Below are positions 40,450 through 52,073 of a stretch of 64,000 nt of DNA, one piece after another. The notes beneath the pieces were generated by a model. It did not search any database. It was not told where the DNA came from and saw nothing but the letters and a program-made list of their open reading frames with translations. The DNA is from Isurus oxyrinchus. Taxonomy: Eukaryota. The stretch is taken from contig JANJGN010000026.1 in the NCBI GenBank assembly GCA_026770705.1, positions 24,366,001 through 24,430,000 on the forward strand, read 5' to 3'. The position numbers and the translations under genes were made by a program. Each line of letters starts with the position of its first letter. Position 1 is the stretch's first letter.

Positions 40450-40715
40450 CTGGTTTGCATTTGTATAGCACATTCCCCAACCAGCGGACGTCTCAAATCG
40501 CTTTCCAGTCAATGAAGGACATTGTGAAGTATCGTCACTTGTAATGTAGCAAACACTGCAGCCAGTCATCGCTCAAGAAACTCCCACAAACAGCAACGTC
40601 ATAATGAGCGGAGAATGTGTCTTTGTGACGTTGATTGAGGGATAAACATTGACCAGGAAGCGGGGAGAACTCCCCTGCTCTTCTTTCGAATAGGCTCTTG
40701 GCATCTTTTACATTC
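40450..40715 (-). mobile_element. SINE fragment resembling the Deu-domain family (SacSINE1/AmnSINE1-like)
   Basis: ggggagaactcccctgctcttct..gaa..atcttttac motif, recognised from memory. Confidence 0.55.
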
Positions 40716-41820
40716 TGGCGCCTAAATCCCGTTCATGTCTCTTCTTTCCCTACTGAATAAGAAAGGAGGGGTTTCACCCGACCTGCACTGAGCCTCGGTT
40801 TCCTCGACACGCTGGTAGTTTTTACTTTTCCTCTGCTGAAGACCGATATAAAGTGATGATGTAGCGTGTCTGCCATTTCTTCAGTTTCAATTACAGTATC
40901 ACCTGCGTCTGTTTTTAGGAGCACGCATTACTATTATTCACCTTTGAGACGACGAGTAAGCATGTTAACCTGCATAAAACAGATTCATTTATTTTACTAA
41001 CTGAATGAACTGTTGATATGTCTGTCGAGTTATAGTTGAAAGCTATTAGCAAACTTTACTGCATCGGGTGTGATGAATTGTCGCCTTGATTTTATTTTGT
41101 GGGATGTTCTTTAGTATTTCGAGAAGAGCAATTGCCACGGGGCCGTGAGGATAAGCTATTTATACGCAAGTGCACTTAAACAAGGAGATTTCGGTAATGT
41201 TTGTATCGGCTTTCGAACCGGGAAACTATTTGCCTGTTAGGCCATTACACGAGAGAAACACTGCGCTGCGGAACCCTCAATGGGCTTGGCTGAAACGGTA
41301 ACCTGCGCGGCCATGCAGCAGCACTTTGGGTTTTTGTTGTGAAGAAATGAAATTCAGCTGCTATCATTAGGAATGCTGGAAAGTGACTGATTTGACAATG
41401 TCATCATTAGGAGGCGATTCGGCCCATCGTGTCTATGTCAGCTTTTTGCAAAGAGCTTTCCAATCAGCCCTAGTATCCTTCTCCTTTTCAATATTCCTCA
41501 TTTTTCTCATTTTCAAGTCATCGTCCAATTCCCTTTTGAAAAACCTGAATAAAGAAAACCAATATTGAAAGAGGTGCAGGAGTTTCTGCAGTGTCCATGC
41601 GCACTGTATGATCATGAACAAAGTTTCCATGACCCAATGACATGAAGAGTTGAACTTTAAATTCTGATATAGTTTTTGAACCAAAAATATATATTTATGG
41701 GCTGATTTCATACCGAACTTCGAAAAGAAGTTTAATCAGATCAGGCGTATCCTCATTTTTCTCAGTCGTTCTAGACACTCTAATTCACCTCGCTGTGCAA
41801 CCTGTTACAGAGGCTGTTAT
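40712..41820 (-). repeat. Inverted, more diverged array unit containing a tRNA-Val(AAC) pseudogene at 41198-41259
   Basis: Reverse complement GTTTCTCTCGTGTAATGGCCTAACAGGCAAATAGTTTCCCGGTTCGAAAGCCGATACAAACA; both flanks match the array unit in reverse. Confidence 0.75.
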
Positions 41821-42068
41821 AGAAAATAGGGAAGGGTTTGCTGCAGCTATACAAAGCTCTGGTTAGATCTGTGGATAGTTCTGGGAACGGCACTTTATAA
41901 AAGATTAAAATTTGTCTTGAAAGTTTCAGAGGAGCTGCATTGATTCTGTTGGTGGATTTGGAAATTGAAAGTTGTACATCCGCAGCTTGTGGCTCTATTT
42001 CCCCTCACTGTTCACTTCATGTTCATGCCCAACACACTGATTGCTCTTATTGGCTGAACAAGTCTTCG

Positions 42069-42139
42069 ATGTTTTAACTGAGCATGCTGCTATTCGGCGC
42101 TCCCTCTCCTACCGCCCGGGGTTGGCCTTCATTAGGGAA
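42069..42139 (+). pseudogene. Very degenerate tRNA-Glu remnant
   Basis: attcggcgct...cccggggtt...tagggaa; upstream 41920-42030 is homologous to the flank of 43093. Confidence 0.5.
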
Positions 42140-42189
42140 TGTTGTTTTCTTGTTGTGCGAACAGTCACAACGAACTGATCCTTGAGTCT

Positions 42190-42426
42190 GAAACAAAAAC
42201 AGAAAATGCTGGAAAAACTCAGCAGACCTGGCAACACCTGTGGAGAGAGAAACAGAGTTAACGTTTTGAGTCCGTATGACCCTTCTTCAGGCGGACTTTT
42301 CACTCGGACTCGAAATGTTATCTCTGTTTCTCTCTCCACAGGTGCTGCCAGATCTGCTGAGCTTTTCCAGCATTTACTGTTTTTGTTTCAGATTTGCAGC
42401 ATCCGCAGTATTTTGCTTTTATTTTT
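42190..42426. mobile_element. Penelope-derived inverted mini-element
   Basis: TSD atcct[t/g]gagtct at 42178-42189 and 42427-42438; opposed arms; CTGAAGA core on - at 42256-42290. Confidence 0.85.
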
Positions 42427-43092
42427 ATCCTGGAGTCTCTTTCCCCTGGGATCAACAAAACCCGTCATTTCTCTTCTTTCATTCTCAGTCTTCCATTTCC
42501 AGTTGGAGTCGGTTGCCCTTCTGGGGTCTTCAACAAATCCACTTGGGCGGACAAGTGGCATCTGAAATTTAATGTAAGGAATGTGAAGTGATTCATTTTA
42601 GTCGGAAATAAAGCTCCCAGATTTATGTTGCACAGCGAGTGGTTAGGATCCGGAATGTATCAATGCGGCTCAGTTCCACAAGCAGGTGAATGAATTTTTA
42701 CCATTCCAAACTACATTCACATTAGTTTTGTAGCTTCATATTAAAATAGTTCAGAGAGATAAGGGAGATTGGAAAGATTCCTTTTGTATCTTTTGGAACT
42801 GAAAATGTCTGAGATGGAGAATACGAGTTAAAAAATTGATGTGAAAGTGGAAGAATTTGATGTCTATCAGTTGCTTTTAGTGATGAAGCTGCTGTGCGCT
42901 GCCTTGTCAGTTTCACAGCAGCCGCGGTGATTAGGTTGGTGGGTTTTGGAAATTGAAATTTGCATTTCAACAGCTTTGGTACTATTTCACCACACTGTCG
43001 ATTTCATGTACCGGCTAATAGCAAATGGTCCAGAATGAAGAAAATGGCAAAAGCTGCGTGGATATCCCAAGATGCAAGCGCAGCAAGCAGCT

Positions 43093-43164
43093 TCCTTGAT
43101 AGTCCAGTGGTTAGGATTCGGCGCTTTTGCCGCTGCGGCCTGTGTTTGCATCCCTGTCAGAAGC
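43093..43164 (+). pseudogene. tRNA-Glu(TTC-family) pseudogene
   Basis: TCCTTGATAGTCCAGTGGTTAGGATTCGGCGCTTTTGCCGCTGCGGCC...; B-box and acceptor stem broken. Confidence 0.85.
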
Positions 43165-43870
43165 TAGCAGTTTAATCATCTTGTGAAAACGAATTTATTA
43201 AGTTACTGATTGAAAACAGAAAATGCGTTATAGCTCTGCCCGAATCAGTGGAGTTGGAACTGAAGCTCCGCATCAGAAATGAAAATGTCACATGTGCAAC
43301 AGGTCGAGAAAAATGTAGATGTCGGGCTGGAAGGTACTCAAAATGAAAGAGAAAGGCTGTGATCGGTTGCAAAGTGCTGGCTACAACGATGTTGGTACAA
43401 GGCACAATATGGATGGGAATGGGGCTGCTTTTACTGCAGCACTGTGTATAGTTCAGAGAATGACACCTACTAAAGGATCAGTATTGATCTCGGAAACAGG
43501 GCAGCGCTGATCCACCAGGATGTGAGTTCTGGAATGTGAGTGGACATTCTACCCTCTGTAAACTTTAAGTCATTCAAAACACTGCTGCCTGTTTCTCAAC
43601 TCGCAGCAAGTCCCATTCCCCTATCACCCCTGTGCTTTCTGACCTACATTGGCACCTGGTCAAGTGCTATCTTTAGCTTAAAAAGCTGCTTGTTTTCAAA
43701 TCCCTCCACGTCCTCTTTCACTTTAGTCTCCCAGAATCCCAAAGCCTTTTGAGATTTCCACGATCCTTGAGAGATGTGGAAGGGGAATGGAAATAGGCAA
43801 ATGCGGGAGAGCTCACTTTCTACAATTTACCAATAACTTATTCCTGTTGAAATTGGAAACGATGAGGAAA

Positions 43871-43952
43871 TGTAGTCAGCAGGATTTGAACCTACGTGGA
43901 AAAGTCCCAAAGGATTTCGAATCCATCGCCTTAACCACTCGGCCACAGCTAT
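43871..43952 (-). pseudogene. tRNA-Ser pseudogene, 82 nt, CGA anticodon in an AGA/TGA-type body
   Basis: ATAGCTGTGGCCGAGTGGTTAAGGCGATGGATTCGAAATCC...GGTTCAAATCCTGCTGACTACA; acceptor mismatches; A73. Confidence 0.85.
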
Positions 43953-44200
43953 GCTAGCGTCATTCATATAAAACAATAGGTGGCTACTGCAGAGCAGGAG
44001 GACATTCGCCCCCTCGTGTTCGTGCCAGCTCTCTGGAAAAGTGAATCAACTGGTTCCACACAGGCTCCCGTTCCCCCACAGCAATCATATTTGTATTGTC
44101 TCTTCTTGTTCTTCCCATCAAAATAAAATACAGCACACTCCACTTCAACTGAAGCTTCCCCGTCTAAAGACTTCATGACACGGCGCGATTACCAGCTCAT

Positions 44201-44281
44201 TGAAACAGTGGGAGTCGAGTCCATGCCCCCACAGAAAGAGCGGCTTTAACACAGCACTTTAGACCACTCAGCTACGATAAC
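44201..44281 (-). pseudogene. tRNA-Leu (AAG/TAG-family) pseudogene
   Basis: GTTATCGTAGCTGAGTGGTCTAAAGTGCTG...GGGGGCATGGACTCGACTCCCACTG. Confidence 0.7.
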
Positions 44282-45704
44282 ACAATGGACGCCTTTTACC
44301 TTACTTGGTATTTCCATTGAAATATAGACAGTACGGAAAAGGGCAGGAAGCGGCGTTCAGACACCTCGAACCTGCTCTGTCACTTGCTTAGATCATAGCA
44401 GATCCCCAGCCTCAACACCAATTTTCTACCCCATCCTGATATCCCTTTATTTCGCTAGAATCAAAAAATCTATCCATCTTAACCTTCAATGTACTCATTG
44501 ACTAAGGATCTGTTGATGTCTGGGCTACAGTACTCCAAAGATTCACAACCCTTTGAGTGAAGAAATGTCTCCTCATCTCTGTCCTAAATGGCTGACACAT
44601 TATCCGCAGAAAGTGAGCCCAGTTGTAGGCGCTCCAGCCAGAGGAAAAACAGCCTCTCACCATCAACACCCTCAAACTGTCTCAGAATTTCACACTTTGC
44701 AAAGAGGAAAACGAGACATTGACAGAGACAGAGAAACTGTGATGACGAACGCAGATATATGGAGACAAGGAGAGACCGATAGAGACACAGAGTTGGTTAG
44801 ACACCGAAAGGAACAGATATACTTCATTCCATATGATTGATAACTTAGATTGAAAGATGGAAAAGAAGAAGAGAATAAAATACTTACATTTAAACAGAGC
44901 CTTTCACGAACTCAGGGTAACAGAAAGTGCTGCAGAGCCGATGGAGTGCTTTTGAAGTGTAGTCAGTGTTGTAATTTAATGACACAGAGAGACAGTTCGA
45001 CAAAAATGCTGATCCACAAAATGACAAAATGTGATTTTAAGAACTACACCTCAATGTAAATATTTCATTCTATGTTTCTAAACTTTTCATTGTTTGATCA
45101 GATTCAGCAGGTAGAATCCTTGACAAAACAGGGACAAAGCATTCCATTTCTATAAGATCAGCGCTCACCCTTCCCCTTTCTAGAGTAAAGAGCTTCAGGC
45201 TGTTCAGCCTTTCCAGGTGATTATAACATTTGGGATTGAACTTTTATTTTCCTGTTCGTTCTGAGGTATGACCACAGTAGAAACAGTTCCTAAGGCCTGA
45301 GGGATTTCAGTTTGGACTATTTGTATTTACAAATTCATTCTCTCGGTGTGTCCATTGCCTTAACTCTTCGACCACAATAACTCGGTTTCTATCTGTTTTA
45401 ATGTTGCTCAATGCAAATGTCAGTCATCCCCCACTTTGTAACTTAGGGCACTTAGAGGCTGAGCAGTCTCCATTCAAAAACAAGTAGAGCCGGAATTCCA
45501 CTCTTGCATGTTTTAAAGCTGCTCTTTTTTGTTTGTACGATTGTAATATGAAGTACCCAACTAATATAAATAAAGTTTTGATTAGTAAAAGTGGGGAACT
45601 GAAGCGCATTGACACACACACAGGAACGCACACATACATATAAGACAGAGAGTGACAGAGACACAAGGACAGGCAAACATTCAGAAAACACAGATATCAC
45701 CAAA

Positions 45705-46947
45705 ACAAAAACAGAACCTGGAAAAACTCAGCAGGTCCGGCAGCATCAGCGGAGAAGAAAAGAGTTGACGTTTCGAGTCCTCATGACCCTTCGACGGAAC
45801 TTGAGTTCGAGTCCAAGGAAGAGTTGAAATATAAGCTGGTTTAAGGTGTGTGTGTGGGGGGCGGAGAGATAGAGAGAGAGAGGTTGGGGTTGGGGGATGT
45901 GGTTGTGTGGACAAACTAGCAGTGATAGAAGCAGATCATCAAAAGATGTCAACGACAATGGTACAATAGAACACATAGGTGTTAAAGTTAAAGTTGGTGA
46001 TATTATCTAAACGAATGTGCTAATTAAGAATGGATGGTAGGGCACTCAAGGTATAGCTCTAGTGGGGTTTTTTTATATAATGGAAATAGGTGGGAAAAGG
46101 AAAATCTTTATAATTTATTGGAAAAAAAAGGAAGGGGGTAACAGAAAGGGGGTGGGGATGGGGGAGGGAGCTCACGACCTAAAGTTGTTGAATTCAATAT
46201 TCAGTCTGGAAGGCTGTAAGGTGCCCAGTCGGAAGATGAGGTGTTGTTCCTCCAGTTTGCGTTGGGCTTCACTGGAACAATGCAGCAAGCCAAGGACAGA
46301 CATGTGGGCAAGAGAGCAGGGTGGAGTGTTAAAATGGCAAGCGACAGGGAGGTTTGGGTCATTCTTGCGGACAGACCGCAGACTAGGCACCTTACAGCCT
46401 TCCGGACTGAATATTGAATTCAACAACTTTAGGTCGTGAGCTCCCTCCCCCATCCCCACCCCCTTTCTGTTTCCCCCTTCCTTTTTTTTTTCCAATAAAT
46501 TATAAAGATTTTCCTTTTCCCACCTATTTCCATTATATAAAAAAAACCCACTAGAGCTATACTTTGAGTGCCCTACCATCCATTCTTAATTAGCACATTC
46601 GTTTAGATAATATCACCAACTTTAACACCTATGTGTTCTATTGTACCATTGTCGTTGACATCTTTTGATGATCTGCTTCTATCACTGCTTGTTTGTCCAC
46701 ACAACCACATCCCCCAACCCCAACCTCTCTCTCTCTCTCTATCTCTCCGGCCCCCACACACACACCTTAAACCAACTTATATTTCGACTCTTTCTTGGAC
46801 TCGAACTCAAGTTCTGTCGAAGGGTCATGAGGACGCGAAACGTCAACTCTTTTCTTCTCCGCTGATGCTGCCGGACCTGCTGAGTTTTTCCAGGTAATTC
46901 TGTTTTTGTTTTGGATTTCCAGCATCTGCAGTTTTTTTTGTTTTTAT
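45705..46947. mobile_element. Penelope insertion made of two inverted 3' ends (palindrome) with 16-bp TSD
   Basis: TSD cacagatatcaccaaa at 45689-45704 and 46948-46963; strand switch at 46380/46381; hammerhead motifs at 45763-45801(-) and 46810-46848(+). Confidence 0.92.
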
Positions 46948-47029
46948 CACAGATATCACCAAATTGGCTCAGTTTTGTTTTCACAAATCCGACAGCAAAT
47001 TCCGTGAATGCTTGTAGATGAACGGAAAT

Positions 47030-47438
47030 AGGAATCAAGGGCTACAGGGATCGGCCGGGAAATTCGCGTTGAGGCCCAGGATCCGCCATGATCTTATGGA
47101 GTAGCTGAGCTGGCTCGAGGAACCTTTTGGCAGGCTCCTGTTCGGATTTCTTATGTTCTCATTCACTGCCTAAACCAGTCAAGACGACGACGGGCTGCAA
47201 GCATCGTGGCGGTGTGGCTAGAACTTGTGCCCAGCGCCTTAGGCCACTTGACCACACTACCACATTGCTTGCAGCCCGTCATCTTCTTGACTGGTATCCG
47301 AAGTGAATGAGAACATAAGAAATCCGAACAGGAGCCTGCCAAAAGACTCCTCGAGCCTGCTCAGCTACTTCATAAGATCAAGGCGGATCCTGGCCTCAAC
47401 ATTAATTTCCCGGCCGATCCCTATAGCCCTTGATTCCT
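47030..47438. repeat. Inverted repeat with ~190-bp arms and ~30-bp centre: CR1 tail, linker and tRNA-Leu 5' end
   Basis: 47030-47218 is the reverse complement of 47250-47438 with scattered mismatches; tRNA-Leu 5' half on - at 47231-47261. Confidence 0.88.
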
Positions 47439-47979
47439 TTGCTGTACCCCATCTTTGTGGCATAAATGGTGAGTGCGTTCCGACATTATCAGAAAAGTTG
47501 GTCGTTTGACATCACCCAACAACGGCCAAAGTCTCTTCCTCACCCTCCTCCTTTTCTACTCCCATTGCTGACACAGTCCGGGTTGTGCACTTTGATCTGA
47601 TGGAAATGTTCCCCAAACGTTGTCAGCCCTGCTGTTATCCAGTACGTTCCCACACAAACAGTCATATAAGTATTAATTTCAAATAAAACGAGAATAAAAA
47701 TAATTCAACAGCGTAGTACATCAAATTCCTGAGACATATACGGTTCAAAGCAGCGAATAGAAATTCATTCTCTGAATGTATTAATAGAACTGGAGCACAC
47801 CATTGCACCGTGTGAAGCTCCATTGAATTTGTGGATATTATACAACTGGTATTAAGAAAAAGCAGTAATGAAGACGTTACATCATTTGAATGGCATTTTA
47901 CCCGAATTAAAGGGTTCAGCCTTCTGATATAAAAAGGTTTGCTAAAATATCCAAGTTGTCATAATCCCCGACTATATCA

Positions 47980-48070
47980 GTCCACACGTACACAAACACA
48001 TCCACACACACAAAACTCAAAAACAAACAAACACAGACTGGCCAACACACGCACAAACACACACACAGAA

Positions 48071-48102
<32 letters not shown>

Positions 48103-48370
48103 ATACACACACAGACTACCCACAAACACAAAGGCACAGGCACACAGACAATACGCACAAGCAACACACAAACAGGCACAGGCAGGCACACACACATACA
48201 CACACACACACATACACACAAACACAAAGGCACAGACACACAGACACATGCACAGACAGACATACACATAGGAACAGACAGGCGCACACACAGACACACA
48301 GACAGACACACTGATACACACACAGCCAGACACACTGGAACAGACGCACAGACAGGCAGATGCACACAAT
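47980..48370. repeat. Degenerate (CA)n tract
   Basis: Direct inspection. Confidence 0.95.
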
Positions 48371-48824
48371 CAATTGATTCAAAATACCGATTAACCATCC
48401 ATAACAATATAGTAATCGTCATTGGTTGTAACCAATTTTGATTGATGCCATCATTTGATGATTAGGGAGATGGCAAGGCTTCATTCTCATGAAATCAACA
48501 AGCAAACATAACCAATTGTGGACTAATTAAAGTGAAGTCCATCTATTTTATGCAACTGGACATGTATTGCATTTCTGAGTTGCGAATGTAAGAAAACTGA
48601 GTCAAATAATCTCGGAATCAATATAACACATACTGTACAAAAGAGCAACAGTTACAATAACAATGAAATCAACACAATAAAAACATATTAATCTGCCAAA
48701 ATGACAACCGAACAATATTCACCAATATTTTCATTTAGAGTCGATATTTCGCAAATAGAATTCCACCTGGCGTCTCTCAAGGATTCTATCGTTGACCAAG
48801 CTTACAGAGCAGACAGTTCAGCAG

Positions 48825-49520
48825 TGTCGTGAAACTGACAGATCTTTTCATTATATTATTGTGGTGTATTGTAAAGTAAGTTTATGGGTGTGCGTATAAA
48901 TGGTTCTGTCTATGTGATTTAATTGAATTAGAGTCAGATAGACAGCAAGCTTGAAATTATCAAAAGAAATTAGGGGGAAAAGGTATGTTAAATGCTACTG
49001 AGTAAACATGGATGAGGTCTTAGCATGTACAGTATGAAGAAAATTCGAATTTTTAGAAAAGTGAAGGAAGATAAGCAAGGCCAAGCAGTGTATTTATTTT
49101 CCCAAAGGTACTGGCCATATATGCAACATGAAACATTTTTGTATCATGAGAAAAGTAAATTTTGAAAGGCATAAAGAACGATGGAAGACAGAGGAACATA
49201 CATGAAGAGGAATGGAAGGCTATGTTGGTGGGCCATGTAAAACTTCAGAGGACTGTGTAAAACAACATTGGGAAAGCCTCCAGCCACTTTAGCAGACGCC
49301 TGCTGTACCCAGCAACCAAAGGTGGAGGATTGCCTTTGGAATTCCACTATCGAGTTGGTGCTGTGGGAAACTTGCTTGCTTGCTACTTAAATTTAAAATC
49401 TATTCTGGACTGCTGCCTTACAGAGGGTATGTTAAAGGAAAACTGGCACCGCATCAGAAGGAAAATGTTCGAAGATATTGGGACCTGAACAGAAATCTCT
49501 GCTGATAATCCCGTGACTGG
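48825..49520 (+). mobile_element. Probable truncated LTR
   Basis: Starts TGTCGTGAA and resembles 9026-9781 in composition; no 3' terminus found. Confidence 0.4.
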
Positions 49521-49532
49521 GAGGGTCTGAAG

Positions 49533-49725
49533 GTGATGTTCAGTGAGTTCAGGGGGATGGTATCAGACGGAATGGAGCAGGGAAAGATGATCTTTGGGGT
49601 GATGTTCAGTGAGTTCAGGAGGATGGTATCAGGCGTAATGGAGCAGGGAGAGAGAATCCCTGGGGTGATTTTCAGTGAATTCAGGAGGATGGTATCAAAG
49701 AAAGTGGAGCTGATCAGGGAGAAAG
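49533..49725. repeat. 66-bp minisatellite, ~3 copies
   Basis: gtgatgttcagtgagttcagg starts at 49533, 49599 and 49665. Confidence 0.9.
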
Positions 49726-51740
49726 TTCAGAATCGAAATATGAGACAGAGAAACAGGGCTGATGACTAGGTGGAAGCAGAGTTTACTGTTAATTACGGTC
49801 ACTGTTTAATAATAAGGGGTCCCCCCATTTACGGCAGAGATGAGGATTTATTTTCTCTGAGACGGTCATCGGTCTTTGGAACTCTCTTTGTCAAAACAGC
49901 GCAAGCAGAGTGTTTGAGTATTTTTAAGACAGCAGTAGATAGAATCTTGATAAGATAGGGGAACAAAGGTTATGGGGTTCATTGAGAATGTTCGTTGGGA
50001 GCTGAGGTTACAATCAGATCTGCCATGATCTTGTTAAATGGTGGAGCAAACCACAGGGGCCGAGAGGCCAGCGGCTGCTCCCAATTCGTATGTACAGATG
50101 TATGTTCAGACTGTCAGCGTGTGCAGAACAGGAATTGGAGTGTTGGGATCTCCAGAACAGGGATAGAAAGAGTCTGATTGTGCGCTTACATAAACTGTGA
50201 GGCTGGAGTCTCTGTGTCAGATGGATCCCATTCTCTGGGAACAATTCTCATGGATTATGCTTGCATGTTGCGTCAGGCAGGGCACAGTGCCTGGGAATTT
50301 CCACGATTTGTGCTCTCTGGTGTTCCTGATAAACTCCAAACTTTGGTAATCATTTGAAGGATTACTGCTCGGTGATGTGTCTGTCAGATCGGCCCCAGTC
50401 TCTAGGAATCATGATGGTCTGTGTCAAGTGTTCTGTCTGCGTTATATATGCGTTTTATTATTCATTCATGGGATGTGGGCGTCGCTGTCTGGACCAGCAT
50501 TTATTTCTCATCCCGAATTGCCCTCGAGAAGGTGGATTGTGACGTCTCTGTGTTATAAGTGTTTAATTGGGCAAGGTAGAGAGAGCCCAAGCTAATTCTT
50601 TGGGGATTTAGTTTCAACTCCCAACATTGCAACTGCTGGAATGTGAATTCAATTAATAACATCTGGAATTTAAAGCTGCACTCAGAAATGGTAACAATGC
50701 CAACTATCATCGATTGTCATTTAAGGCCCATCTACACCACTAATTTCCTTAGGGAAGAAAATCTGCCATCCTTACCCGGCTTGGCCTATATGTTACTCCG
50801 GACTCACAGTAATGTGGTTGATTCTTAACTGCCTTCTGAAATGACCAAGAAGGCCAAACAGTTCAAGGGCAATTAGGATGAGAAACAAACGCTGACCTTG
50901 CCAGTGACACCCCATCCCATGAAAGAATAACGAGAAAAAAAAAGCTTTACTCTGTATCGAACACCTGCTGCACCGAACCTGGGGGTGTTTGATGAGACTG
51001 TGTAACGGAAACTTTCCTCCTCCATACACTGTCCTGCATCGGCCTCCGGAGAAGCAAATTCCTTCTGTTTACAATTACCTGACATGTGACTGTGACGGGC
51101 CAGAGTTTGAGTGAAATCACAAGGCTCTCCTCTCTGCGTAATCATTCTGCCTCTGTAGTTTGCCATAAAAAAACTGAGGTAAAGATCTCTTTACACGGGT
51201 GGGCCGCTGGGTGGCGCAGTGACTCTTTCACCGAAGGGCCTTGGGCTCAAACACATCCCAGACAGGACTGGTGAAAAATTCTTGTCTGGGAGCATCTGTC
51301 GGTTTGGGAGAAAGGAGTTCAGCAAAGTCATAGCTCGTTTCACATTCAATGTTTATTGACAATTTCAGAGAACATTTTACAGACAAAGTTTATTTTAAAG
51401 TGAACTGAAGTGAATATAACGACTGTGAGCCACTTTGAGAACAGAACACATTCGCTCTGAGCTGCCATCTGTATGTACAACTGTAACAGGCAGCAGGAAG
51501 AGAAAACAGGAGCTCAACATAGAGGGAAGGGAATAATTGTGAATGAGGAATGACGGAAGTTACTTACTTACACGAGTAATTCAAACTACAGGGAAATTAT
51601 AAGCTACCGTTACAGTAGTCGTAATTACCTCGCACATTTCAAACAGTAAGTCAGAAACACCCTCATGATTGTCTTAGTCACAGATTCGGAATCAAAAACT
51701 GAAGGTATTTTACATATAGAGTCACCAAGCGGACAAATTT

Positions 51741-51746
51741 TTTATT
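51741..51746 (-). terminator. Candidate poly(A) signal of membrane IgM mRNA
   Basis: AATAAA on - about 60 nt after the TM2 stop. Confidence 0.55.
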
Positions 51747-51807
51747 CGTAATGCAGAGATCTCAATAAAGAGCTGAGGAAAATCTACGGTGTCCAAAATT
51801 CAACCGA

Positions 51808-51816
51808 TCACTCAAT
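51808..51816 (-). CDS. ighm: IgM TM2 exon coding part (I-E-stop)
   Basis: ctccttttacag|ATT GAG TGA, 138 nt below the TM1 donor; canonical sequence is V-K-stop. Confidence 0.7.
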   Translation of the reverse strand: ME

Positions 51817-51954
51817 CTGTAAAAGGAGATAAAATAATGAAGCAGATGTTTAGGATCTGGGACATTTACGTTAGGGTTTTAATCATTGAAACATTGAGAG
51901 ATTTTTCAAACCGCTTCTGTCAGTTTGAAGTGTGAGTGAATTGAATCTTCTCAC

Positions 51955-52073
51955 TTTCACCAGAGTGACGGCAGTGCTGTAACACATGCTCAGGAAGAAC
52001 AGGATGATGAATGTGGAAGCGGTTGTCGAGATGTTGCCGTTATTATCATCAGAGCCTTCAATCCAGATGCCAT
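51955..52073 (-). CDS. ighm: IgM TM1 exon
   Basis: cag|..DGIWIEGSDDNNGNISTTASTFIILFFLSMCYSTAVTLVK|gtgaga; CART-type TTASTF..LF.LS..YS motif. Confidence 0.92.

Noticed and set aside
45351-45381. tRNA-Ser 5' half on the - strand
   Set aside because: Only ~30 degenerate nt; too short to list as a feature.
49533-49725. CRISPR-like or switch-region-like repeat
   Set aside because: Plain 66-bp tandem repeat without unique spacers; eukaryotic context, and it lies downstream of Cmu.
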